The notes beneath the pieces are model-generated. The model ran no database searches. It worked only from the letters and a program-made list of their open reading frames with translations, and was not told where the DNA came from. The position numbers and the translations under genes were made by a program. A stretch of DNA of 64,000 nt, taken from IMG/VR virus record IMGVR_UViG_3300025150_000011, positions 2,314 to 66,313 of that record; one strand, 5' to 3'. Positions 1 through 9,292 of this stretch are shown here, in pieces (the first letter of the stretch is position 1; every line of letters begins with the position of its first letter). Source of the DNA: a virus (Duplodnaviria; Caudoviricetes).

Positions 1-308
1 GTAGCTGGCCAATCTGTAACACGGACGTTAGAATGATGACGCGTGTACAGGCGCTGGCTGTAACGAGGGGTTTCGCGGCAAACCTTAGCAAACCGAAGAG
101 CAACGGGCCGCTATCTACCAAGCCGATCTACACTCTAGTCGTAAGAGACCGCGATCGGGTCCTTACGAACAACCACACGATTGCGACCAGCGGCGGCAAT
201 CCAGCGCGTTTTGAGGACGAGTGGAGGGAAGAGACTGTATGGTGCGTGAGTAATGCAGACGGAACCATCATCACCAGGCGAAACGGAAAAGTGATGGTAA
301 TGGGGCAA
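1..308 (+). mobile_element. Intein, C-terminal part (homing-endonuclease remnant plus splicing blocks F/G), ending in Gln
   Basis: ETVWCVSNADGTIITRRNGKVMVMGQ|C matches intein blocks F/G. The +1 residue is Cys at 309, at the start of helicase motif V. Confidence 0.8.
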
Positions 309-1307
309 TGCGAGGTGCTCACCGAGGGCTTCGACGACCCTTCAATCGAATGCGTCCTCTTTGCTCGACCTACGCAGAGCCAGGCGCTCTACGTCCAAAT
401 GATGGGTCGCGGCCTTCGTCCATGGCCAGGCAAGACCGAATGCCTCATCGTCGACTGCGTCGGTAACTCGGCCAAGCACCGACCAGTGCAGTTGGCTTCG
501 CTCGTCGGATTCGACCCGAACCTTGCCGTGTCCAACGGACAGAAACGCGGAAAGGGCAGCGGCGAGGAGGTCGACGAAGAAGAGCAGCCTCAGGTCAAGG
601 AGGCGCGCATCCACGGTGAGGAGTTTGACCTCGGCTCGCGACCGCAGAAGGCAAAGTACAAGTGGCGCGAGACCGACTTCGGATGGGTCCTACAGATCCC
701 TCGCATCGGCTACTACCTCTGCGCCTGGTCGGACAAGTGCAAAGCGAAGTGCACGATCCAGTTCTTCGACCAGCGGCCGAAGCGTCGGCACATGCCTCCT
801 CGCGAGGTCGTTCACGATCCCGTTGCCTTCGACCTCGCCTACGGCATGGTCGAGGGTGAGATGGACCGGTTCTTCAACGCTCGCCGGCAACGCGACCTGT
901 TTGGATGGGGTGACCGTGACGGCGGCGAGTTCCAGAACGAGGACGAAGACGCGTCATCCATGGAGCTGATGAGCTTCATGGACGTCACCGACGGTCTCGA
1001 AGACAACATCGAGGTCGAAGAGTCCTACATGATCGAACCGTCGGCATGGAAGAGCCGGCCGATGTCGTCAAAGCAGAGAGACCTGCTACTTGCCCTGGGC
1101 GCAAAGTCGACCTCCCTGCCCGAAACGATGCGTGAGGCATCCGACATGATCCTGATCTTGCAGGTCGCACGGGACCGAAAGAATCGCGTGCCTGCCTCGC
1201 AGAAACAGATGGCGTTCCTCCGTGCTAGACGCATCGACCACAAAAACGACCTCACGAAGGGCGAGGCTGCTCGGCTGATCATTGCGTACCGGAAGCAATT
1301 CGGATGA
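1..1307 (+). CDS. SF2 (DEAD/DEAH, IRC3-like) helicase, 5'-truncated by the window edge, intein-containing
   Basis: Frame is open from the window edge. Helicase-C motifs CEVLTEGFD (V) and QMMGRGLR (VI), followed by IVDCVGN. Confidence 0.85.
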   Translation, partial: SWPICNTDVRMMTRVQALAVTRGFAANLSKPKSNGPLSTKPIYTLVVRDRDRVLTNNHTIATSGGNPARFEDEWREETVWCVSNADGTIITRRNGKVMVMGQCEVLTEGFDDPSIECVLFARPTQSQALYVQMMGRGLRPWPGKTECLIVDCVGNSAKHRPVQLASLVGFDPNLAVSNGQKRGKGSGEEVDEEEQPQVKEARIHGEEFDLGSRPQKAKYKWRETDFGWVLQIPRIGYYLCAWSDKCKAKCTIQFFDQRPKRRHMPPREVVHDPVAFDLAYGMVEGEMDRFFNARRQRDLFGWGDRDGGEFQNEDEDASSMELMSFMDVTDGLEDNIEVEESYMIEPSAWKSRPMSSKQRDLLLALGAKSTSLPETMREASDMILILQVARDRKNRVPASQKQMAFLRARRIDHKNDLTKGEAARLIIAYRKQFG

Positions 1308-2005
1308 TGTTGCCGGGCGCACACTTCGGTGACTGGTTCGCTCCGTGGTACGAGCAGAACATCGTCGTGTTCGATGTTGAGACGACCGGCGTATCCCCCG
1401 TCGACGACCGCATCATCGAGCTGGGCATCGCTCGGTTCGAGAAGGGCGAGCTGGTCGAGACATGGGGAACTCTGCTTCACCCGGACCGAGAGATCCCGGC
1501 CGAGGCATCGGAGATCCATGGCATCACCATGGAGCACGTAGCTGGGGCGCCCCGCTTCTTCCAGTCGCTGCCTCAAATGCTCCGCGTAACGAGGGACGCC
1601 TGGCCTTGCGCCTACAACGCCGACTTCGACAAACGGTTCTGGAGCAACGAGATGAGTCGCCTGGCTGGAATCGACCTCTCTGAACTTTCGATTCCCATGT
1701 TCGACGCCAGGTACCGCTGGGTCGACCCCGTGGTGTGGTCACGGCACAAGAACGGTATCTGGAAGGGGAACAAGCTCATCCAGTCGTGCGAGCGCTACGG
1801 CATCACCATCGAGTCTGCGCACCGAGCCACCGACGATGCGACTGCGACAGGTAAGCTCCTGTTCGCTATGGCTCGTGCCGGAGATATTCCGCCGTACACG
1901 GTAACCGAACTCGTTCGTAGACAAGAGGCTCTGGATAGAAGGCATGACGACGAAAGAGCTGTGTGGTTCGCGAAGAAGGGTCTACCGTATGAGCGAAAAT
2001 ACTGA
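1304..2005 (+). CDS. dnaQ: DnaQ/Pol III epsilon-like DEDDh 3'-5' exonuclease
   Basis: VFDVETTG, AYNADFD and HRATDDA motifs. Confidence 0.9.
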   Translation: MMLPGAHFGDWFAPWYEQNIVVFDVETTGVSPVDDRIIELGIARFEKGELVETWGTLLHPDREIPAEASEIHGITMEHVAGAPRFFQSLPQMLRVTRDAWPCAYNADFDKRFWSNEMSRLAGIDLSELSIPMFDARYRWVDPVVWSRHKNGIWKGNKLIQSCERYGITIESAHRATDDATATGKLLFAMARAGDIPPYTVTELVRRQEALDRRHDDERAVWFAKKGLPYERKY

Positions 2006-2441
2006 GCGAACCGACGATCACAATGGCTTGGTAGAGGCTCTGTCCATGGTCTCCGGCAAGAGCGTTGGTTTCTGCGACAACTGCGGGTTCAGGATTCTCG
2101 ATCAGGAACAGTGTTCAATACTATGGGTCAACTGGACCGCTAGCTCTCGCGGCATATCGCTTCACGTCAGGGATTTTGGCGGCCTGGCCTGCAACGGTCC
2201 GGATTGCGGACCGGGACTGCTCAGGAAGTTTCAATGCATCGACGAAGGGGAGCTTCGTCGCTTGCTATCAATAGGCGAGAAAGTATTTGAGTTCGCCCCA
2301 GAACTGAGCCTCACCACGTATAGAGGAGAGTATCCTCCTTTTCCTAAGAACATCTGGCTAAGGATCGAAGCGCTTGAGAAGGCGCGCAGTCAGTCACTCA
2401 AGAAGATGTCTGGCAACTGGAGATGGAAACGTGGACGATGA
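1989..2441 (+). CDS. Hypothetical protein (Cys pairs; lower GC)
   Basis: ORF overlaps the upstream stop; CDNC and CNGPDC motifs. Confidence 0.5.
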   Translation: MSENTERTDDHNGLVEALSMVSGKSVGFCDNCGFRILDQEQCSILWVNWTASSRGISLHVRDFGGLACNGPDCGPGLLRKFQCIDEGELRRLLSIGEKVFEFAPELSLTTYRGEYPPFPKNIWLRIEALEKARSQSLKKMSGNWRWKRGR

Positions 2442-2694
2442 TCCCATCGAAACACTCAACATGCTCGGCGCGGATGTGTTTCGCTGCTCCGAATGCACGG
2501 CTGTGCAGCGGTGGTGCAACGTGTGGTTCATGCGCGCTACGTGCATGGAAACAGGGGAAGTTGTCTATTTTGACGGTGGTTGTTTTTGCTCAAAAGAGTG
2601 CGTTGAGAATGCAAGGGCTCGCTTCGTGTCCACCGACGTGAGTCCTACTGGAACATACGAGGCGTTTATCTCGCCACCCGAGTGGAACCGTTGA
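2431..2694 (+). CDS. Small Cys-rich hypothetical protein
   Basis: GTG start overlapping the upstream stop; CSEC and CFCSKEC motifs. Confidence 0.45.
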   Translation: MDDDPIETLNMLGADVFRCSECTAVQRWCNVWFMRATCMETGEVVYFDGGCFCSKECVENARARFVSTDVSPTGTYEAFISPPEWNR

Positions 2695-3827
2695 TCTCCA
2701 ACGAGGACAAGATCAGATTTTTCCGTCGCCTCGTCCGAGGTGCTGATGACGTGTTTGCCATGCGCAGCGCAGACGCTGAGCGTCATGAAGATGGTCACGT
2801 CGAGCGATCTGAGCGCTGGCGACCTGTCTGGACCCCTTTGTCCAACGAAACGATTGTCAGGCATCTGACTGGTCAGGTCGAGATTGGCACCTACGCTCTG
2901 ATCCCCTCCCAAGTCCCCGATGTTCGATGGATCGCTGCGGACTTCGACGGCAAGAGACCAGGAGTCGACTGGAAGCGCGACGTGTCGAGGCTCGTGACGT
3001 GGATGCTGGACTCCGACATCACGCCGTTCGTGAACCTGAGCCGGAGCGCCGATGGCGCCCACGTACGCATCCTCTTCGACGACCCTGTGCCCGCCTGGAT
3101 CGCACGGCGATGGATGGACTGGTGGCTTGACGAGGTCGGTCTCAGCGAAGCCACGAGCTTTGACCGCCTGATCCCTCCTCAGGACACGCTCGACACGAGA
3201 CCGCCGAAGAACGGGCCTCGATCGGTCGGCAACCTCATCGGCGCGCCGCTGCACAGAGGGCATGCGCTCGCGAAGAAGGGAACGCTCCCGCTCGACCCGT
3301 ACGAAGTCAGCTCGGGCAACTTCGAGCCCGACGGCGACCACTGGCAGCACGTGGTCAACGCTGTCGAGCACGACAACAAGCCCACGGAGGCTTCCATGGC
3401 CGCGCTGGTCGGCGACAAGCGGCCGGAGCACCTGCAGGCCGGCCCCTCGATCTTTCGTGGCCGCTCACTCCCCGTTGTCCCCGGAGACGACAAGGTCCTC
3501 GACTTCGTCCTCACGCACTGCGAGTTCTTCAAGCACATGCGCTCATGCGGGCAGCAGAGCTACGCGCTCTGGGTGGCCGCTGCATCTCAGCTGCACCGCT
3601 ACGGAGACGCCGGGAGACAGGCGTTCCACGACATCTCCTCGTGTGACCACCGATACCGTCCCGAAGAGGCCGAGCGGAAGTGGAACGACACCCGAGGGAT
3701 GAGCCCCATTCGATGCGACACGATCGCTGGCCAGGGGTTCGCTTGCCCCCACCTAACGGATCGGCGATGCAACGGCGCGAAGTGCCCCAGCTTTTTCGCC
3801 GACTACCTCTACGTCGAGATTCTGTGA
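2682..3827 (+). CDS. Archaeo-eukaryotic primase (AEP, TOTE-like) with PriCT-2/Cys-rich C-terminus
   Basis: HLTG..IGTYAL, WIAADFD, SRSADGAHVRILF and GNLIGAPL motifs. C-terminal W..AF..S..RY...KW plus four Cys. Confidence 0.8.
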   Translation: MEPLISNEDKIRFFRRLVRGADDVFAMRSADAERHEDGHVERSERWRPVWTPLSNETIVRHLTGQVEIGTYALIPSQVPDVRWIAADFDGKRPGVDWKRDVSRLVTWMLDSDITPFVNLSRSADGAHVRILFDDPVPAWIARRWMDWWLDEVGLSEATSFDRLIPPQDTLDTRPPKNGPRSVGNLIGAPLHRGHALAKKGTLPLDPYEVSSGNFEPDGDHWQHVVNAVEHDNKPTEASMAALVGDKRPEHLQAGPSIFRGRSLPVVPGDDKVLDFVLTHCEFFKHMRSCGQQSYALWVAAASQLHRYGDAGRQAFHDISSCDHRYRPEEAERKWNDTRGMSPIRCDTIAGQGFACPHLTDRRCNGAKCPSFFADYLYVEIL

Positions 3828-3914
3828 CGAGAAGCCCCTTGACGCGGAGTGCTCCACATGGTCGAGTAGGGGTCCCCCGGCGGCCACGGTTGGCCCGCAA
3901 CGTACTGAAATGAA

Positions 3915-3944
3915 ACGCCCTTTGGGCGGGGACCCAAAGGGCGT
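3915..3944. repeat. 12-bp perfect inverted repeat (hairpin) in the intergenic gap
   Basis: ACGCCCTTTGGG-cgggga-CCCAAAGGGCGT. Confidence 0.9.
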
Positions 3945-4081
3945 GGAGTCTTGCAGTTCGCCTCTGCTTGGCTCCGGTAGACAGGAGACGAAACCTCCAT
4001 GTCCGACAGGACTGTACGTGCGCTAACAACCCGTTGCAACGATAAAAGTGATGCACGGGTGCGCCTTGTCCGAGGGGTTGG

Positions 4082-7000
4082 ATGAGCGCGGCGGACGACA
4101 AGGATCCGTTCGACGATCCCTTCGCGGAAGAGGACTACGATCCCACCGCAGCGTTCGCCTTCCAGGCGAGGACACAGCTGCGTGAAAAGCTCTCAGAGCT
4201 GACCTCGGTCGTCACGCACCACGAGCAGCAATCGCTCGGGGACGACGGGGTGATCGCCAGGTCGGCCAAGAAGACCGTCTCCCGAATCCTGGACCAGCTC
4301 CGAGTCCTGAACGAGGACGTCGAGCGAGCCGTCAACCGGGTTCTCTCAACCGACTCTGACTCACAAGCGCACCAGATGGCTGTCTCTGAGGCCATCGCGG
4401 CGCTCCACGAGTCTCTCCCCCTTTTCGACGAAGGGACACTCTGGGCTCAGCACGTCGGCAGTCTTGATGGCCCGGCAATGACCATCGCCCCTCAGGTGAT
4501 CTCGACGCTCGAAGAGCCGCGAGCCGCGAGCGCCCAACTCCTCCAGGACCTCCAGGGGTGGCTGCAAGAACGCCTCGACGACCGTGATGGAAGCCTCGTG
4601 CTGCTCCACACGACCCCAGGCGTCGGCAAGACCCATCAGATGCTTCGAGCCGCATCGCACCTGCAGATGGCCGAGAAGCGTCGCGTGATCTTCGCAGCAC
4701 GCACCAAGGAGATGATCCTCCCGCCACGCGGCGAAATTCTGACCCGTGCCATCGCCACACACCCTCTCGCTCGCGGGTACACCCTACCCATCTACGGCCG
4801 CGATGACTCGAACTGCTACCAAAGCGTCGCCGTCGAACTCGCGCAACAGCACGGATACGCCCCCGGACGAGCCGTCTGCATGGGCTGCGAGCACCACCCT
4901 CGCAACGCGTATGACTTCGGCGAACCGGTTTGTGGGTATTACCAGGTTCGCGTAAACGCAAACAACATGAGCCGAGGGGTTCGCGCTGGACGCGTTCAGC
5001 AGTACCCCATGATCCTCACCACTCACGCTGCACTCGTCGCCGCAACAGAGGCTGACGGAGGCATGTATGGCGAGTGCTGGGGAAGCGACGTCATCTTCAT
5101 CGACGAAGACCCTACCGACGCAATCGAGACGGATGTCGTCTGCAGCGAAGGACAAATGTCTTTCAGCAGTGCCCGCATCGAGCATGTTGACACGTCCGAG
5201 ATGGCGATGCTGTTTCGTTCGGTTGCGAAGATCGCAGCCGCGCAGCGATCTGAAGCATCAAGCAACGGATTCTGTGCCTCTGGCACCAAAGAGAAGAACA
5301 GCCACCCGATCCACTCGCGGTACGACTCGGTCTTCGCCAGCGGCGACCTGTGGAGACTACTCGAATACGCACAACAGGCTTCCGGGTCCAACCTGTCGGT
5401 TGCAGAGCTTCTCCGCAACGTGGTCGAGTCAGGCAGCTTCCAGGTTATGGCGGGTGACCTGTCTGGCGTGTCCAGCGTTCTCGAACTCAACAACCGCGAC
5501 ATTCCTCCTCGCACCCTGTTCGTGATGGCAGACGCGCTTCTACGCGAGGCAAGACACAGGGAAGATGTCGCCAGGTCCATCTACGAAAAGATCACCGGCG
5601 AGCATGGAAGCCTGAGTCGCATCAAGTCTAGTACAGACGCGGAAGACCTCGCCTACCAGGTGCGTCTTGAATGTATACCAGCGTCCTACGAGAAGGGGCG
5701 TCTCACGGACGAATGGCGGTTCGTGTTTCGCCAAACCAGGTCGTTCAACAACACCGCTTCGACGCTGGTCGTGGGCGACGCTTACGCGCAAAAGGACCAC
5801 TACAGGTACCTCTTCGAGCGAGAGCCCGAGGTGATCCAGTCGGTCGCTTCGCTGCATCCCGACGCCAAGATCATCCGCGTTCTGCATAGCGGGGCGAACA
5901 TCGGAGAGCTGAACCGAGGCGGGTTCGGCGACATCCTTGCCGCTGCCGAGACCTTTCTTCGCGATCACGTGCAGCCGGGTGACCGCGTTCTCGTCTACGG
6001 ACACAGCGAGCTACGACCACGCGTCGAGAAGTTCCTGGAGTCCGTTCGGGATCGATACGACCTCACGGCAGTCGCCTACGAGCACTGGTGGGGCGGTCGC
6101 GGCAAGGACGCCTACAACGGCTGGGAGCACGTCATCACCATCTCGGACCCCATCCTTTCGATCGGAGGTCTCAAGCACGTCGTGAACGCTCGTGCCTTCC
6201 GCGACTCCGAAAAGGCTTGGGGCATGGACAAGGTCAAGTCCGCCGACCGAATCCGCATCGGCAGCATCAAGCACGGCATCCTCGCAGCGCTCCGAAACGG
6301 CCATCCGCGACTCGCCTTGGAGCACGAACGCTCGAACGTTGCCGAGATGACGCAGGCTCTGCACCGCGCTCGACCTGTGCACAATGCGACACACCTTTAC
6401 ACGATCGGCGAGATGGAGAGGTCGCCAGACCTGCTCGCGCAAACGGTCACCTTTGTTCCGTCAGACGAACGATTCGAGTCGGTGTCGAGTTCCAGGCGAA
6501 GGGGCAAGACGAAGCGCGCCGATGCCCGAGTTCCTGCCATCGAAGGTTCGCTTCAGTCCTTCGTGACCACCCACGAGATGCACATGGGTGTTCGTGCCAT
6601 CGTGGACCACTTTGGTGTGTGGCACCCCTACTTCACCCATGCCCTGGTGACGGCCGCGAACACACATGTTCGAGTTCGAGGGATGCTGAATACCCCGTGC
6701 TCAGATCGTGACTCATTGTCACAGGACGCCATGTTCTGTGAAGTGGGAGCGGACGGATTCCAGTGTCGTGAATTGCCAGCGTGGTCTAATAAGGATCCTA
6801 TAAGACCACGCTGGCAATTCGCTCACATCGGCACACATCAGGACGATTCGGAGCCGCTTTCTCGTAATCCCTCACTTTTTCCGTGCCACTTCGACATGGC
6901 ACACATGGCTCAGTGTTGTGCCACTGCGACACGTGGACGCAGCGCAGGCGCAAATGCAAATGATGACGGGCACTTGCCCCAAATGCCCCTGCCCAAATGC

Positions 7001-7447
7001 CACGACGGGTCTCCGGTGCGCTCCTCGTTGGCACAAGCCGTCGACGTCGACTGGGGCGCTGAAGCGGGTCTCGACGGAGTTTTGAGAACGCTTCCGAGCA
7101 CGAAATCGCTCCTTGGACGCATCTGGGACCCTCCGGTCTGGTGGGAGGCGCTCAGCAAGCGAGAAAACCTCCCGCGCGCTATCGAACAGATGAGTGACCA
7201 GGATTTTCGGTCGCTCGGACTGGTGCCCTTCACGCCGAGCCGCGACCCGAGCTGGATGTCCGGCCGTCGAGGACCGAAGGCGAAGGCGTGGTACGACCCC
7301 GCCATGCTTGGGGTCCGGCCGGACATCGCCGAGCGACTACTGTTCCGCATCTTGGACAATCAGTACGGATTCCCGCGCAGCCACGGCGGCATGGATCGCC
7401 CCAACTTTGTGCCAACCCTCCCCAAGAGACTGAAGGTGCCATTTTGA
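4082..7447 (+). CDS. Large SF2 helicase-like replication protein with a putative Fe-S cluster (DinG/XPD-like layout)
   Basis: Walker A TTPGVGKT, four Cys (NC..VCMGC..VCGY), IFIDEDP, HWWGGRGKD and motif VI-like QALHRAR. Confidence 0.65.
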   Translation: MSAADDKDPFDDPFAEEDYDPTAAFAFQARTQLREKLSELTSVVTHHEQQSLGDDGVIARSAKKTVSRILDQLRVLNEDVERAVNRVLSTDSDSQAHQMAVSEAIAALHESLPLFDEGTLWAQHVGSLDGPAMTIAPQVISTLEEPRAASAQLLQDLQGWLQERLDDRDGSLVLLHTTPGVGKTHQMLRAASHLQMAEKRRVIFAARTKEMILPPRGEILTRAIATHPLARGYTLPIYGRDDSNCYQSVAVELAQQHGYAPGRAVCMGCEHHPRNAYDFGEPVCGYYQVRVNANNMSRGVRAGRVQQYPMILTTHAALVAATEADGGMYGECWGSDVIFIDEDPTDAIETDVVCSEGQMSFSSARIEHVDTSEMAMLFRSVAKIAAAQRSEASSNGFCASGTKEKNSHPIHSRYDSVFASGDLWRLLEYAQQASGSNLSVAELLRNVVESGSFQVMAGDLSGVSSVLELNNRDIPPRTLFVMADALLREARHREDVARSIYEKITGEHGSLSRIKSSTDAEDLAYQVRLECIPASYEKGRLTDEWRFVFRQTRSFNNTASTLVVGDAYAQKDHYRYLFEREPEVIQSVASLHPDAKIIRVLHSGANIGELNRGGFGDILAAAETFLRDHVQPGDRVLVYGHSELRPRVEKFLESVRDRYDLTAVAYEHWWGGRGKDAYNGWEHVITISDPILSIGGLKHVVNARAFRDSEKAWGMDKVKSADRIRIGSIKHGILAALRNGHPRLALEHERSNVAEMTQALHRARPVHNATHLYTIGEMERSPDLLAQTVTFVPSDERFESVSSSRRRGKTKRADARVPAIEGSLQSFVTTHEMHMGVRAIVDHFGVWHPYFTHALVTAANTHVRVRGMLNTPCSDRDSLSQDAMFCEVGADGFQCRELPAWSNKDPIRPRWQFAHIGTHQDDSEPLSRNPSLFPCHFDMAHMAQCCATATRGRSAGANANDDGHLPQMPLPKCHDGSPVRSSLAQAVDVDWGAEAGLDGVLRTLPSTKSLLGRIWDPPVWWEALSKRENLPRAIEQMSDQDFRSLGLVPFTPSRDPSWMSGRRGPKAKAWYDPAMLGVRPDIAERLLFRILDNQYGFPRSHGGMDRPNFVPTLPKRLKVPF
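6770..6820. repeat. 18-bp perfect inverted repeat with an AT-rich near-palindromic centre, inside the CDS
   Basis: GAATTGCCAGCGTGGTCT (6770-6787) / AGACCACGCTGGCAATTC (6803-6820); loop AATAAGGATCCTATA. Confidence 0.95.
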
Positions 7448-7470
7448 GCCAGACGCAACGAGAGCCGCTC

Positions 7471-8073
7471 ATGGAGCACGTTTTGCGCATCCCCGACGAA
7501 CTCCTGGACTGGGGTCGTGAGGCGGTGCGAGCGGTGCGATTTGCTTCGCCGTGGGCACACGACATCGACGCGCTCATGCAGCGCGCAGCGGATCGCCCTC
7601 TGAACACGCGGGAGACCGAGGCGCTTTTGTCGCGGCTCGAAGCTCTTTGCGCAGAGGCGATCCGCGCAGGGCGAGGCGAGCTGCTCCGAGGATTCGATTT
7701 GCTGACGGCGGAGTGGTTGGGGCTCAGCTACAGCTTCGAGACGAGCGACGGGCGGGTGGAGTTCGGGCGTCACGCCGCTTGGAGCTACAGCGAGCTGCGA
7801 GTGATTCTTGCGGCAGAAGATCCGAGACAGGCGCTTGCGGCGGCTCAGCAGGTCAAGGGACTGGTGGCCGAGGTCTTCCCTCACGCGCGCGTATCTGCAA
7901 TCATCGACTCGGAAGAAACCGCAGCTTGCTTCAGCTGCGGCTCTCGTGACGTAGCCACCATGATCGCGCTTTCGACCGGCTCTTGTTACTGCGGCCCGTG
8001 CTATCGGGCGATGATGCGTCGTGCGCCGAAGATCGAGAAGACGAAGAAGGCCAAGGGAGGCGGTCGCCGATGA
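7471..8073 (+). CDS. Hypothetical protein with C-terminal CxxC...CxxC Zn finger
   Basis: CFSC and CGPC motifs; basic tail. Confidence 0.6.
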   Translation: MEHVLRIPDELLDWGREAVRAVRFASPWAHDIDALMQRAADRPLNTRETEALLSRLEALCAEAIRAGRGELLRGFDLLTAEWLGLSYSFETSDGRVEFGRHAAWSYSELRVILAAEDPRQALAAAQQVKGLVAEVFPHARVSAIIDSEETAACFSCGSRDVATMIALSTGSCYCGPCYRAMMRRAPKIEKTKKAKGGGRR

Positions 8074-8813
8074 CCCAAGGTTCCAGGTTCAGCGACATCC
8101 TGCCGCGTGACGCGGCTGGCTTGCTTCGCAATTCGCTGCAGTCGTTCACGTTTCAGGGCTCGACGAGCGTCGACTACGCGACCATCACGCAGGTCGCTCC
8201 GAACAACGTGTTTCGGTTGGGCCAGCAGATCATGTTTTGGATCGGCCTCCACAACCCTCAGGTCTTTCTTCAAGACGGGAATCTGGAGCCGATTCCAGGC
8301 ACCGAGAACTGGGTGACCCGTATCCGGCTGAAGCCATGGTGGGCCCGGCCGAACTTCGAGCACCGCCAGGCGTACGGCGGGAGCGGCAAGGTCGGATCTG
8401 ACGTCGTGCATCCGATCGACCGGCAGAACTTCACCGGCACCGTGTTGGCGAACAACCGCTACGTGTGGATTCCATCACCGAAGCGCTTGGACATCACGCC
8501 CTACGACACGGCTCCGCCTGCCGTGTCGCCGGCACGAAACAGCGACTCCGAGATGCTCGACGAGTGCTGGGTGTGGGATCTCGACGCCCCTACGGACGTC
8601 TCGTACCAAGCAGCGTTCCCCGCTCCCTTCGTACCCTCGCGGTGGTCGGTCTTCTTTCAGCCGGCGATGGGCTACTCGTTGGGTCTCACGGCCCAGGCGA
8701 CCTACGCGTTTACGCCGGAGCCTGATGTTCGAGCGACGCCTTACGTCGGCGTGAGCATCACGTGGGCCACCGGCACGCTTGGTGGAACGAACTACCAAGA
8801 GTCGGTGGGCTGA
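8070..8813 (+). CDS. Putative virion structural protein
   Basis: First gene of a contiguous block of T/G/P-rich, beta-rich ORFs; ATGA overlap. Confidence 0.5.
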   Translation: MTQGSRFSDILPRDAAGLLRNSLQSFTFQGSTSVDYATITQVAPNNVFRLGQQIMFWIGLHNPQVFLQDGNLEPIPGTENWVTRIRLKPWWARPNFEHRQAYGGSGKVGSDVVHPIDRQNFTGTVLANNRYVWIPSPKRLDITPYDTAPPAVSPARNSDSEMLDECWVWDLDAPTDVSYQAAFPAPFVPSRWSVFFQPAMGYSLGLTAQATYAFTPEPDVRATPYVGVSITWATGTLGGTNYQESVG

Positions 8814-9292
8814 TGTCGAGTCGCTGGAATCCACGTGTCTCAAGAGCCTCGGGAGGTGGCGTGCAGCCGCCGGGGGCTGTCGAGGCGAGCTATCTCGCAG
8901 GAGCGACGAACGAGGAGGTCACGACAGGCGGCAATGTCGAGGTCGTCGTCGGGGGGTTCGTCTTCGACCCGACGCAGAGCCCCACTCGATTCGCGTACTT
9001 TCGTGGGTTTCAGACGCTGGTCTACACCACGGGTGCGAGTCCGAGTAGCCGTATTCGGCTCTACGATCGTGGAGCGCCTGGGACGCCGACCGCCGGGACG
9101 CTCGTCAGCGAGCTGTTGAACGCGCTCATGGTCAACATCCCGTACACGCAGGTGGATGGACCGCTGGCCACCGATCCCACGACGCCGTCGCTGGGAACGA
9201 TCGTCGCTGAAGAGCGGATGTACGAGATTCGAGCCCTCTTCGAGGGAGGCGACTCGATGCTGGTCCGCTGGGCAGGATTGGAGATTCGCTGA
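8813..9292 (+). CDS. Putative virion structural protein
   Basis: TGATG coupling; G/T-rich composition; genomic context. Confidence 0.5.
   Translation: MSSRWNPRVSRASGGGVQPPGAVEASYLAGATNEEVTTGGNVEVVVGGFVFDPTQSPTRFAYFRGFQTLVYTTGASPSSRIRLYDRGAPGTPTAGTLVSELLNALMVNIPYTQVDGPLATDPTTPSLGTIVAEERMYEIRALFEGGDSMLVRWAGLEIR

Noticed and set aside
3900-4000. Hammerhead ribozyme (CTGAAATGA...stem...GAAA)
   Set aside because: The core does not match CUGANGA, and stems I and III cannot be formed convincingly.
7288-7470. Upstream extensions of ORF-track starts (e.g. 7288, 7983, 15632, 28046, 28561)
   Set aside because: They overlap the preceding gene or cross promoters; the downstream coupled starts were used instead.
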